A stretch of 64,000 nucleotides of DNA, from the IMG/VR virus record IMGVR_UViG_3300046464_000709, positions 1 through 64,000 of that record; one strand, 5' to 3'. Under the pieces are notes generated by a model, which saw only the letters and a list, made by a program, of their open reading frames with translations, searched no databases and was not told the DNA's origin. Made by a program: the position numbers and the translations under genes. The stretch is from a virus. How positions within the stretch are numbered: position 1 is the stretch's first letter; each line of letters begins with the position of its first letter. Positions 20,269-29,927 of the stretch are shown piece by piece.

Positions 20269-20508
20269 ATGAAAAACACAATCGATACGATTAAATCATA
20301 TGCAGGAGGCGTGACGAGCGTACTTCTGTCAGTAATCGGCCTTTTGGTCGTAGCTCAAGTCGTCTTTGGCGAAGGAGCTCCTATTAACGTAATCGGCAAC
20401 CTTCAGGATGTCGTAACAGGGTTTGTCGGTCAAGGCGCGTCTCTAGCAGGAGTAATTACATTACTACTACTTATTGCGCTATTAAAGCCTAGCTCTGAAA
20501 AAGGGTAG
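20269..20508 (+). CDS. Small inner-membrane protein
   Basis: MKNTIDTIK..., two hydrophobic helices; co-transcribed with porin. Confidence 0.7.
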   Translation: MKNTIDTIKSYAGGVTSVLLSVIGLLVVAQVVFGEGAPINVIGNLQDVVTGFVGQGASLAGVITLLLLIALLKPSSEKG

Positions 20509-20526
20509 ATAAATTCTACTCGAATG

Positions 20527-20552
20527 AAAAGCCGCCTTCGGGCGGCTTTTTT
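20527..20552. terminator. Intrinsic terminator
   Basis: AAAA-GCCGCC-TTCG-GGCGGC-T6 (UUCG tetraloop). Confidence 0.9.
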
Positions 20553-20586
20553 GTGTAAATACTTGTCCTTACAATTAATATCTAAT

Positions 20587-22314
20587 ATGAAAAATAAAAG
20601 ACTAAAAACAATATCCATAGCTAGCTTAATATTAGGATACTTAGCCTCTGGGGCTTTTATATCGCTAATAGCATTTAACTCAAACAATAGAATCATAAAA
20701 GAGCAACAAGTCTCAGAAAGTTCAAGCCTTAAGGTGATAGAACAAAACAAAACAAAAATCGCCTATGTAAACGTCTTACCTGAGGCGAGGCCCCGCCCAA
20801 CAAGAGAGTATTGGGAAGTCCCAACTCATGAAAATTTAAGAATAAATAAAAACAGTTCTCTAGAAATTTACCGCGAAGATAACTATGTAAATTTAGATCA
20901 AGGCAGAAATGATAGTTTCGATCTTGTTGGAGATAAAAAAATAAGCAATAGAAATAAAAAAAGACGAGAGCTAATCTCCAATTACAATAGTGTTGACCCT
21001 GGATTGCTTGATCGTCGACTTGCCGCGCTAGACGATGATAAACTGATTATTCTTGACAATGACGACGACCTAGTAGCTCGCTTAGATAGAAAAAACATTG
21101 GGTTAGATCGAGGCGGAAATGATAATGTAAATGTTGGTAATTTTGTTCCAGATGCCCGTCGTGGAGATTTTAATGATGATCAGCTTGGTGCTGTAGGAAA
21201 TTTCGATAAAGATGGAGCTGGTTTTGGAAAAGGCACAATGCCTGGAGTGGGAAAGGGAGCTGAAGTTTATGCTTATAACTTCCCATCGCAAGGTGTTGGT
21301 GCAGGAATAGGCAGTCCTGCAGTTGGTGCTGCCGCTGGATTTGCCGGACTTGGCGCTGGTATTGGACAAGCGGTTATGGATGGCCAAGCAGTTCCTGCGC
21401 TTGGCGGAATAGGTACATATTCTATGCCGACCAAAAGTGAAAGTTCGCCCAAGAATACTTCCGGCTCAGTAATTATGGTTGCTCCTGGAGTCGCTGGAGG
21501 TGTTGCAGGTTTAGTTGGTGGGGCTGGAGCGGGGGCAGCAGCAGGCTTGCCTTCGAATAGAGCTTCTCTACCAACAACTACAGCTAACGCCATAGGCTAT
21601 GGCGGAGGAGTAGGAATTGGTTACAACGAGGGAAACTACGACCATTTACCAAAAGACGGAAATCTCTACATAATGATGCATGTTGACGGAAGTGGTTCAA
21701 TTTTGAGTACAAGAAAAGCATTAGATGAAATGAAAAACACCCTTCTTAAAAATGCCCTACTTCCCTACTACAAAAATGACGAAGATCTTTACAACAGAAG
21801 GGTACTGGTAGTGGATGGGGAAGGAGAGCGAACTCTTAAATTCTTTGCAGACGCGACAAAGAAAGAAAATGTGTTAGCCCTCGTATTCCAAGACGAAGCT
21901 CAACCTGCCTATCATCTTCCTAATTTCAATCGCAAACCAGAAGATCACTACATGGATGATTTGAAAGACCTGAAGGAAGGTTTAAATGGATACGGCGGAC
22001 TTTACCGAGGAATTATGTTCCAAGTAGACCGCGGAAAGACATTCGCTAAATCATTTAAGGAATTTGTTGAGAATGCTTGGCGCGGTGACGGATATTTATC
22101 CGGAGCGGGTGAAAACTTAAAGCCATATTATTGGCAAGAAAACAGTGATAATATTCGTAACCGTGATGGTATTGTATTTAGCGATGAATATCATGTGAAC
22201 TCCGAAGGGGATCCAGCTTATTACATGAATCTGATTATGGATGCTTCCCGTAAAATTGGGCTAGACTTAAAGAGCTATAACGGAGAAAAACAAGATAGCT
22301 CAAGACAACATTAA
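20587..22314 (+). CDS. Membrane-anchored Gly-rich protein with vWA-like C-terminal domain
   Basis: N-terminal TM, long G/A-rich linker, MMHVDGSGS (DxSxS MIDAS-like); ATG 20587 preferred because 20524 precedes the terminator. Confidence 0.6.
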   Translation: MKNKRLKTISIASLILGYLASGAFISLIAFNSNNRIIKEQQVSESSSLKVIEQNKTKIAYVNVLPEARPRPTREYWEVPTHENLRINKNSSLEIYREDNYVNLDQGRNDSFDLVGDKKISNRNKKRRELISNYNSVDPGLLDRRLAALDDDKLIILDNDDDLVARLDRKNIGLDRGGNDNVNVGNFVPDARRGDFNDDQLGAVGNFDKDGAGFGKGTMPGVGKGAEVYAYNFPSQGVGAGIGSPAVGAAAGFAGLGAGIGQAVMDGQAVPALGGIGTYSMPTKSESSPKNTSGSVIMVAPGVAGGVAGLVGGAGAGAAAGLPSNRASLPTTTANAIGYGGGVGIGYNEGNYDHLPKDGNLYIMMHVDGSGSILSTRKALDEMKNTLLKNALLPYYKNDEDLYNRRVLVVDGEGERTLKFFADATKKENVLALVFQDEAQPAYHLPNFNRKPEDHYMDDLKDLKEGLNGYGGLYRGIMFQVDRGKTFAKSFKEFVENAWRGDGYLSGAGENLKPYYWQENSDNIRNRDGIVFSDEYHVNSEGDPAYYMNLIMDASRKIGLDLKSYNGEKQDSSRQH

Positions 22315-22341
22315 AAAGTTATTTACAATATCTGTTTTGCA

Positions 22342-22370
22342 TTGACAGATTAACCAAAAAATGATAATAT
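22342..22370 (+). promoter_or_regulatory. sigma70-type promoter of nrdA
   Basis: TTGACA-N17-TAATAT. Confidence 0.65.
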
Positions 22371-22383
22371 AGTTATCATAAAT

Positions 22384-24843
22384 ATGAATATAAAAGTAAA
22401 AAAACGAAACGGCAGACTTCAGGACTTTTTAGTAGAAAAAATTAACGCAAACGTAGAGCGGGCCTGCAAAGGAATAGAGGATACCTCGGTCAGCGAAGTT
22501 CTTCTCGACGCACAATTGCAGTTGTTCGATAAAATAACAACCAGCGAAATAGACACAGCCTTAATACTTTCGGCCAGAGAGAAAATTGAAAAAGAACCGA
22601 ATTACAGCTTCGTAGCAGCTAGATTATTATTAAATACCGTATATAAAGAAGTATTCAAAGAAGGAGTAGACTCAGATACATTCAAACTGCAATACAGAAA
22701 AAGCTTTATACAAAATATAAAAAAATTAGTAAAACTAGAAAAGCTTAATCCAAAAATGTTAGAATTCGATCTAACAAAACTATCAGAAGCAATAAAAATA
22801 AGAAGAGATCAAGATTTTAAATATCTAGGTATTCAGATTCTGTCTGACAGGTATTTCATTAGGAATGACGATAAAATAATGGAAGCTCCGCAATGTTTCT
22901 GGATGAGGGTTGCCATGGGACTAGCAATCAATGAAAAAAACAAAGAAGAGTGGGCGATTAAGTTTTATGATATGTTTAGCCAGTTTCTATATACATCCTC
23001 TACCCCAACATTGTTCAATAGTGGAACAACACACTCCCAATTAAGCTCGTGCTACCTAAACACTTTTGACGACAGTATCGATGGAATTTTTGATGGAGCA
23101 TGGCAAGAAGCACGAAAAAGTAAGTACGCTGGAGGTCTTGGTTTTGACGTAACCCCGTTTAGGTCTGCAGGTTCGCACATTAAAGGGACAAATGGAATAT
23201 CTGGAGGTTTAATTCCTTGGTTAAAAATTTACAATGATCTGCTAGTAGCTGTAAACCAAGGAGGAAAACGGCCAGGGGCAGGTTGTGCATACCTAGAGCC
23301 TTGGCATTTAGATTTCGAAGACTTTTTAAATCTTCGAAGGAATACAGGGGACGATAGGTTAAGATGTCACGACATGAATACGGCTTCGTGGATTCCCGAT
23401 GAATTTATGAGAAGGGTTCAGAATGAAGATGTTTGGTATTTTTTTGACCCAAAAGAAGCTGACTTACATGATTGCTTTGGCGCTGAGTTTGATAAAAAAT
23501 ACAACAAACTTTGTAACCAAGCAGAAGAAGGTTTAATTAAAAATTATAGGGTCACTCCTGCAAAAGAGCTATGGAAAAAAATGCTCAAAGTTTTATTTGA
23601 AACTTCTCACCCATGGAGCACATTCAAGGATCCGTGCAATATGCGATATACAAACCAGCATGAAGGAGTAGTTCATAGTAGTAATTTGTGTACAGAAATC
23701 ACACTTCACACAAAAGCTTCAAAGTACAACAAAGGATATAAAACCGAAATTGGAGAAACAGCAGTGTGCAACCTTGGCTCTGTAAATCTGTTAAATCATA
23801 TTAACGAAGATGAAACAAACATTGATTATATAAAGCTGGAAAAAACTATTCACACAGCAATTAGAGCTTTAGATAATGTGGTAGACCTTAACTTCTACCC
23901 AACAAAAGAAGCAGAAAATAGCAATTTAAGACATCGTCCTATCGGGCTAGGCATGATGGCCCTTCACGATGTACTTCACAAAGTTAATATAAACATAGAT
24001 AGCGACGAAGCTGCAGAGTTTAATGATAAATTATTTGAGTTTTATTCTATGCATGCGATTTATGCCAGCTCTTTATTAGCTGAAGAAAGAGGTCAATACA
24101 AAACCTACGAAGGTTCGCTCTGGAGTCAAGGAATATTTCCAATTGACTCTTATAACAACCTCATGGTTTATAGGGGCAAGCAAGAAGTGTCAAGCGAATC
24201 GGTCACGGGCAAACCTTTAACAGGAAAAGATCAAACTCTTAAAGATTGGTCAAAAGTGAGAATTCATGTAAATGAATTTGGAATGAGAAACTCGAATGTT
24301 ATGGCTATCGCTCCTACAGCAACAATAGGTTATATTAATGGAGTCGAGCAAAGCATAGAGCCGAATTTCTCCGTGCTGTTTGTTTACGAGAATAAGAGCG
24401 GTAATTTTTATATTACCAATCAACATTTTATAAACGACATGAAAAAAGAAGGTTTATGGAACCCTATCAATGCAAAACTAGTCAAAGACTCCGATGGGGA
24501 TTTATCTTCGCTAAGCGGAGAGATACCTGAGTGGATAAAACTAAAGTATAAAACAGCTTTCGATAGGGATATGTTTAAGTTGATAGATTGCAACGCGGTC
24601 AGGCAAAAATGGATTGATCAGGCTATAAGTTTTAATTTATATAACAAAGGAACGTCTTTAAAATATTTAAATGATATATATATAGCCTGCTGGGAAGCTG
24701 GATTAAAAACGACTTATTACCTTAGAAATAGGGCTGCATCAAAAGTTGAAAAATCGACAGGAGATTCGGGAAGCGAGTCAGAAGCTTCTGCATGTAGTAT
24801 CGAAGCTATGAAAAACGGAGAGTCTTGCGAGAGCTGTCAATAA
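22384..24843 (+). CDS. nrdA: Ribonucleotide reductase class I alpha subunit with ATP cone
   Basis: VKKRNG ATP cone, TPTLFNSG, LSSCYL, SSNLCTEI, CNLGS, AIAPTAT, KTTYYLR, C-terminal CESCQ. Confidence 0.95.
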   Translation: MNIKVKKRNGRLQDFLVEKINANVERACKGIEDTSVSEVLLDAQLQLFDKITTSEIDTALILSAREKIEKEPNYSFVAARLLLNTVYKEVFKEGVDSDTFKLQYRKSFIQNIKKLVKLEKLNPKMLEFDLTKLSEAIKIRRDQDFKYLGIQILSDRYFIRNDDKIMEAPQCFWMRVAMGLAINEKNKEEWAIKFYDMFSQFLYTSSTPTLFNSGTTHSQLSSCYLNTFDDSIDGIFDGAWQEARKSKYAGGLGFDVTPFRSAGSHIKGTNGISGGLIPWLKIYNDLLVAVNQGGKRPGAGCAYLEPWHLDFEDFLNLRRNTGDDRLRCHDMNTASWIPDEFMRRVQNEDVWYFFDPKEADLHDCFGAEFDKKYNKLCNQAEEGLIKNYRVTPAKELWKKMLKVLFETSHPWSTFKDPCNMRYTNQHEGVVHSSNLCTEITLHTKASKYNKGYKTEIGETAVCNLGSVNLLNHINEDETNIDYIKLEKTIHTAIRALDNVVDLNFYPTKEAENSNLRHRPIGLGMMALHDVLHKVNINIDSDEAAEFNDKLFEFYSMHAIYASSLLAEERGQYKTYEGSLWSQGIFPIDSYNNLMVYRGKQEVSSESVTGKPLTGKDQTLKDWSKVRIHVNEFGMRNSNVMAIAPTATIGYINGVEQSIEPNFSVLFVYENKSGNFYITNQHFINDMKKEGLWNPINAKLVKDSDGDLSSLSGEIPEWIKLKYKTAFDRDMFKLIDCNAVRQKWIDQAISFNLYNKGTSLKYLNDIYIACWEAGLKTTYYLRNRAASKVEKSTGDSGSESEASACSIEAMKNGESCESCQ

Positions 24844-24859
24844 TTGATCTTTTTAGGGG

Positions 24860-24888
24860 TTGACTTCGATATATTACTATGATATACT
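24860..24888 (+). promoter_or_regulatory. sigma70-type promoter of nrdB (leaderless)
   Basis: TTGACT-N17-TATACT with extended -10 TG; ATG 6 nt later. Confidence 0.7.
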
Positions 24889-24894
24889 ATAAAT

Positions 24895-25908
24895 ATGGAA
24901 AATAAAACAGGAAAACTTTTAACGAAAAATGTAGCGGGTGTAAATAGAATACTTCCGCATAAGCATAAATATGCTTGGGATTTATTTTTAAAAAGCTGCG
25001 CAAACAATTGGATGCCGACAGAAATCTCAATGCAAAATGACATCAAACAATGGAAAAACAATGAAATTACAGAGGATGAAAAACTACTTGTTAAACGCTG
25101 TCTTGGGTTTTTTGCTGGATCTGAGTCTCTGGTTGGTAATAATCTTTTGCTATCTGCCTTTCGCTATGTTACGGACGCTGAATGCCGCCAGTACATACTT
25201 AGGCAAGCTTTTGAAGAAAGCCTTCACAATCTTACGGTAGTTTACGTATGCGATAGCTTAGATTTAGATATCGAAGAAGTTTTTAACGCGTACGAGACAA
25301 TTCCAAGCATAAAAGCTAAAGATGACTTCTTAATGCAAATAACAAATGATATCGGAGCTCAGGATTTTGACGCAAATTCGACAAAAGGAAAGCAAGAAAT
25401 ATTAAGAAACTTTTTGACATATTGGATTGTCTGTGAAGGAACTTTCTTTTTTAGCGGCTTCGCAATGCTTCTTGCCCTAGGAAGACAGAATAAGCTTCAA
25501 GGAATTTCTGATCAAATAAAGTATACATTAAGGGATGAAAGTTCTCATATTGCATTTGGAACCTACTTGATTAATACGATTATAGAGCAGGAGCCAGGAA
25601 TATGGACAAAGAAAATGCAAGACGAGTTTGTTGAACATATGAAAAAAGCTGTAGAGCTAGAAATAGCTTACGCTCACGACGTCTTACCAACTGGCATATT
25701 AGGACTTAACGCAGAAATGTTTGTAGACTATATGCATTATATAGGTAATAGAAGGCTTGAAGCTATAGGTTTAGATTATAGGTTCCCGAGCGACAAAAAC
25801 CCGTTTCCTTGGTTAGGAGAAGTGGTAGATGTTCAAGCAATGGGAAACTTCTTTGAAAGAAGAGTAAGAGAGTATCAACAAAGCGGATCACTTGAAGACG
25901 ATTTTTAG
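24895..25908 (+). CDS. nrdB: Ribonucleotide reductase beta subunit, class Ic (R2c) type
   Basis: FFAGSESLVGNN, RQAFEESLHNLTV, EGTFFFSGF, RDESSH, NFFERRVREYQ; radical Tyr position is Val and first ligand is Glu. Confidence 0.93.
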   Translation: MENKTGKLLTKNVAGVNRILPHKHKYAWDLFLKSCANNWMPTEISMQNDIKQWKNNEITEDEKLLVKRCLGFFAGSESLVGNNLLLSAFRYVTDAECRQYILRQAFEESLHNLTVVYVCDSLDLDIEEVFNAYETIPSIKAKDDFLMQITNDIGAQDFDANSTKGKQEILRNFLTYWIVCEGTFFFSGFAMLLALGRQNKLQGISDQIKYTLRDESSHIAFGTYLINTIIEQEPGIWTKKMQDEFVEHMKKAVELEIAYAHDVLPTGILGLNAEMFVDYMHYIGNRRLEAIGLDYRFPSDKNPFPWLGEVVDVQAMGNFFERRVREYQQSGSLEDDF

Positions 25909-25957
25909 ACCGCCAGAAAAACATACAATAAATATAAATATAGTGTAATATATACAT

Positions 25958-26503
25958 ATGAAAAGTTTCTTATTGGTACTGCTAGCTTTATTTTCGCAAC
26001 AAGCATTAGCGGTCAATGAGATCCCTTCTCCCAAATATACTAGATCAGTTCACGATAGATATAATATATATGATGAACTAAAAGACAAGTTAGCAAAGGA
26101 ACATACTGCATTTACAAGTGATGCCAAATATACAAGCCTAACATTTAAATGTTTTAAAAAATATACTACTTGGTTTGTAAATTATCTCTCTCCTATTTAC
26201 GAAAAATCTATTAACACTAATCGTAAAATTCCAAAAGAATCTTTTGATTGCGATGACTTTGCATTTCTTTATAAAAGTTTATGGTCAGCATCTTCTTTAA
26301 AAGCGGATACTAAAACGATGGGGCTTGCGGTTGGAGTAATTATAGTAGACAATATAAAATCTTATTTTGACGTGCCTATGGGTGGAAAGCACGCCCTCAA
26401 TATTGTTCACACTAGTAGAGGCTGGTATGTCGTTGAACCTCAAAATGGTAAATATTGCTCAATAGACGATTATCACAATCCAATAGAGTGCTACATTTTT
26501 TAG
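25958..26503 (+). CDS. Secreted papain/transglutaminase-like cysteine protease (MOA agglutinin C-terminal-like)
   Basis: Signal peptide; FDCDDFA, HALN, WYVVEPQ (Cys-His-Glu). Confidence 0.65.
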   Translation: MKSFLLVLLALFSQQALAVNEIPSPKYTRSVHDRYNIYDELKDKLAKEHTAFTSDAKYTSLTFKCFKKYTTWFVNYLSPIYEKSINTNRKIPKESFDCDDFAFLYKSLWSASSLKADTKTMGLAVGVIIVDNIKSYFDVPMGGKHALNIVHTSRGWYVVEPQNGKYCSIDDYHNPIECYIF

Positions 26504-26514
26504 CGTTACATATA

Positions 26515-28542
26515 ATGAAATTAATATTTTTTTTAATATTCTGCGCAACTAGCTGCCTTGGATCCACCCTTTACTTTAAAGATGGGAACTCCGTTAATGC
26601 AAAAATATTAGAAGCAAACGAAACCCACATGACAGTGGCGAGAGAAAAAGATTTTCAGAGATTTCAATTTAAAATTGATCTGCTTACTTTAGATTCCCAA
26701 AAGCAAATAGAGCTATATCACTCGAAGGATAGATATAGCGCTGTCCCAACAGTCAAGACCCCTATAGACGACAAAGTATTAAAAAATTACACATCTTATA
26801 TCGACCAGTTAATTGACGATAATCTAAGATCCAAGCGGCTACAGAAAACAAAGACCCTGGATGACTACAGTTACGCGAGAAGAGTTTTTCTTACAGTCAT
26901 AGGAAGAATACCTACGCAAGAAGAAATATCATCCTTTTTAGGCGATAGAGATTCTAATAAAAAAGATAAGTTAATACAAAAATTATTACATTCTAATGGC
27001 TATGTAAATCATCAGTTAAACTGGTGGAGCGATATGCTTAGAATAAAAGATAGACCTCAAGGCACAAACATTAACGTTGGAGCAGTCTATAGGCAATGGC
27101 TCAGGCAATCCTTGCATGCCAAAAAAAAGTATGACGAGATAGTAAGAGATCTAGTTGGCAGCGCGGGAAAACTTCTAGATGGAGGGGCTGCGATTAGTTA
27201 CTATTTAAGGGACAGAGGCATGCAAGCAGATAATCTCTCGCACACAGTAAGAATTTTTCTTGGTACTCAGTTGGAGTGCGCCATGTGTCATGACCATCCC
27301 TTTGATCGCTGGACACAAAAAGAGTTTTATCAAATGACCGCCTTTACTTCTGGTATAGGAAACGTTAGGCTTAAAGATGGAGGAAAGGCTATTGGAGAAC
27401 TAAGCAAAGCTATTAACGCAGACGGAGATGTTAATGCTGGGCTCTTTAATGGCTGGAGAAACCAAGTAAGAGATTCCATACAATTCGGAATAGAAAACAA
27501 TGGCAGCGGAACAATAAAATTACCTGTGGATTTTGCAGAGTCCAACGGAAATCCAGGAGATATAGTTTCAGCTAAAGCCATTTTCTCTCCAAAGCCCATA
27601 GGTGAATTTAAATATAATAGTAGAAAAATTTTTGCAAACTGGATAACCAGCAAAGATAACCCTAGGTTCACAACAATGATATCGAATAGAATCTGGAAGC
27701 AAATTTTCGGGGCAGGCTTAATAGAGCCCATTGACTCTATGATGGACGACACCGTTGCAAGCAACCAACCCCTCATGAAGCACCTCGAAAGAATAATGGT
27801 TAGCGTGGACTACGATCTAAGGGAATTTCAGAGAATACTTTTAAATACAAAATTATTTCAGAGAGAAAGCAAAAAGCAAGACTTCAAAACGCTTGAGGAG
27901 TATAACTTTGAAGGTCCCATCTTAAGAAGAATGACTGGCGAACAATTGTGGGACTCATTAGTTACTTTAGCATACAATAATATTGACTCAAAAAATAGAA
28001 TCTACCTACACAATCAACAAGACTATTATCCTATATATAAAAGGTACAAAGATATGTCAGGGGAAGAAATTTACGCAGACTTCAAGATTCTCGCGCAAAC
28101 AAACAAAGGTAACAGAAATTTGTTGGAGATAATTAATCCAGAATATAACAATAACAGGAAATTTAAAGATAAAAACCTAGTTCGCAGTAGTTTCCTTCAA
28201 TACCCAGCTCCAGGGGGACACTTGATAAGGCAGTTTGGTGGCAGCGACAAAGAACAAATAGATAATAGTAATTTCGAACCAAACACAACTCAAGTTCTAA
28301 ATTTGCTAAACGGCTTCGTGGAGACTAATATTTTAAATAAAAAAGATGCAGATTTTATCAACTTAATGCAAAGAGAGAAAGTAAAAACTAAACAAGTACA
28401 AAATGCTTTCCTCTCAATTCTTTCAAGAAAACCTAAAATAAATGAAGTAAATATATTAAAAAAATTTGTTGATGAAAAAGATGGATTTAAGCATGTCTCC
28501 TGGATATTGTTGAACACACATGAATTTATATTTATTAAATAG
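26515..28542 (+). CDS. DUF1549/DUF1553 (PSCyt2/PSD1) planctomycete-type cytochrome c protein
   Basis: Signal peptide, SHD1-like N-domain, IDQLI..RRVFLTVIGRIPT..E, FLGTQLECAMCHDHPFD (CxxCH), NWITSKDNPRF..NRIWKQIFGAGL, RRMTGEQLWDS, WILLNTHEF. Confidence 0.9.
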   Translation: MKLIFFLIFCATSCLGSTLYFKDGNSVNAKILEANETHMTVAREKDFQRFQFKIDLLTLDSQKQIELYHSKDRYSAVPTVKTPIDDKVLKNYTSYIDQLIDDNLRSKRLQKTKTLDDYSYARRVFLTVIGRIPTQEEISSFLGDRDSNKKDKLIQKLLHSNGYVNHQLNWWSDMLRIKDRPQGTNINVGAVYRQWLRQSLHAKKKYDEIVRDLVGSAGKLLDGGAAISYYLRDRGMQADNLSHTVRIFLGTQLECAMCHDHPFDRWTQKEFYQMTAFTSGIGNVRLKDGGKAIGELSKAINADGDVNAGLFNGWRNQVRDSIQFGIENNGSGTIKLPVDFAESNGNPGDIVSAKAIFSPKPIGEFKYNSRKIFANWITSKDNPRFTTMISNRIWKQIFGAGLIEPIDSMMDDTVASNQPLMKHLERIMVSVDYDLREFQRILLNTKLFQRESKKQDFKTLEEYNFEGPILRRMTGEQLWDSLVTLAYNNIDSKNRIYLHNQQDYYPIYKRYKDMSGEEIYADFKILAQTNKGNRNLLEIINPEYNNNRKFKDKNLVRSSFLQYPAPGGHLIRQFGGSDKEQIDNSNFEPNTTQVLNLLNGFVETNILNKKDADFINLMQREKVKTKQVQNAFLSILSRKPKINEVNILKKFVDEKDGFKHVSWILLNTHEFIFIK

Positions 28543-28553
28543 AAAGAATTATT

Positions 28554-29825
28554 ATGAAAATGTTAGATGAATTATCTCGCAGAAACTTTGCGAAACAAAT
28601 AGCAAAAAGCTACCTTGGGGTCAACGCCCTTATATATGGATCTGAGTTAATAGCGAAAACAACAAGAGTCCCAACAGCTAGACACGTCATATTTTTAAAT
28701 ATGACTGGAGGCATGACTCACTTAGATACCTTTGACCCCAAGCCAGAAAACAAAGAAGTTATGGGTGAAACCTCAGCTATAAACACTTCTGCTGACGGTA
28801 TTCAGCTAGGGCATTGGCTGCCCAAGACAGCCAAACAAATGCATCTAGGTTCGTTAGTTAGATCGATTAATAGCAATCAAGGCGCCCATGACCAAGCAAA
28901 CTATTTACTTCATACCAGTTACCAAAAACGAGGAACAATTATACACCCCAGTATGGGAAGTTGGGTGAGTAAGCAATGCGGCACATTAAACGAAACACTT
29001 CCAGATAATGTAAAAATCAACGGAGGAAGCGGAATTATTGGTTCGGGCTATTTTGAAAGCAAACACGGTCCGCTTCCATTAGGCAACCCCAATGTTGGCA
29101 TACAGAATATTCAAAGGTCAAAATATGTAGGAGGAGACATGTACGAGCGACGCCTAGACGCATCACGAGTATTAAATAAAAGTTTCGGTGAGGATTTTCC
29201 ACAAAAACAAATTAGGGCTTACTCAGACCTTTATGATAACGCTATTAGCTTAATGAGAAGTAAAGATCTTGAGGCCTTTGATTTAACCAAAGAGCCACAG
29301 GAGCTTAGGGATAAGTACGGCGAAGATAATTTTGGACAAGGGTGTCTGCTAGCAAGAAGACTTGTAGAAAATAAAGTTCGCTTTATTGAAGTTTCGTATG
29401 GGGGCTGGGATATGCACAACGACGTGTTTGGGAACATGAATACAAGAGGGGCAGTCTTAGATGCGGGTTTAAGTTCTCTGCTCGAAGATTTAAACGTCAG
29501 AGGTCTACTGTCAGATACCATGGTTATTGTTGCGAGTGAGTTTGGGAGAAGTCCCGAAATTAAACCCGGAAGAATCGGCAGAGATCATCACCCATCTTCA
29601 TTTAGCGCTTTTTTTGCCGGAGGAGGGACAAAGCAAGGTTTCGTTTATGGTAAATCTGATGAACGAGCACACTATGTTGAAGAGAACGGCGTAGACATTG
29701 AGTCTATAAACGCTACAATTGCTTATGCAATGGGATTGAGTGTTGAAAAAATTACTTATTCGCCCAGCGGAAGACCCTTTAAAGTATCCAACGGGAAGCC
29801 TCCTATCTTAGATATACTTTCTTAA
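28554..29825 (+). CDS. DUF1501 family protein with Tat signal
   Basis: SRRNF twin-Arg; GGMTHLDTFDPKP, FGQGCLLARRLVE, GGWDMH, SEFGRSP, GRDHHP. Confidence 0.9.
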   Translation: MKMLDELSRRNFAKQIAKSYLGVNALIYGSELIAKTTRVPTARHVIFLNMTGGMTHLDTFDPKPENKEVMGETSAINTSADGIQLGHWLPKTAKQMHLGSLVRSINSNQGAHDQANYLLHTSYQKRGTIIHPSMGSWVSKQCGTLNETLPDNVKINGGSGIIGSGYFESKHGPLPLGNPNVGIQNIQRSKYVGGDMYERRLDASRVLNKSFGEDFPQKQIRAYSDLYDNAISLMRSKDLEAFDLTKEPQELRDKYGEDNFGQGCLLARRLVENKVRFIEVSYGGWDMHNDVFGNMNTRGAVLDAGLSSLLEDLNVRGLLSDTMVIVASEFGRSPEIKPGRIGRDHHPSSFSAFFAGGGTKQGFVYGKSDERAHYVEENGVDIESINATIAYAMGLSVEKITYSPSGRPFKVSNGKPPILDILS

Positions 29826-29891
29826 AAATAAGAAGCCCCCCCGCAAGCTAACTAGCTGCACGTTAAAGCTTGCGCCTCAAGCAATTTGTGC

Positions 29892-29920
29892 TTGACATAT
29901 TGGAATTATTTTGCTAAAAT
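29892..29920 (+). promoter_or_regulatory. sigma70-type promoter of the polymerase operon (leaderless)
   Basis: TTGACA-N17-TAAAAT with extended -10 TG; ATG 7 nt later. Confidence 0.7.
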
Positions 29921-29927
29921 AATAAGC

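Noticed and set aside
29842-29874. Hairpin CGCAAGCT...AGCTTGCG after DUF1501 as a terminator or ncRNA
   Set aside because: No U-tract and no recognisable RNA family; a single 8-bp stem is not enough
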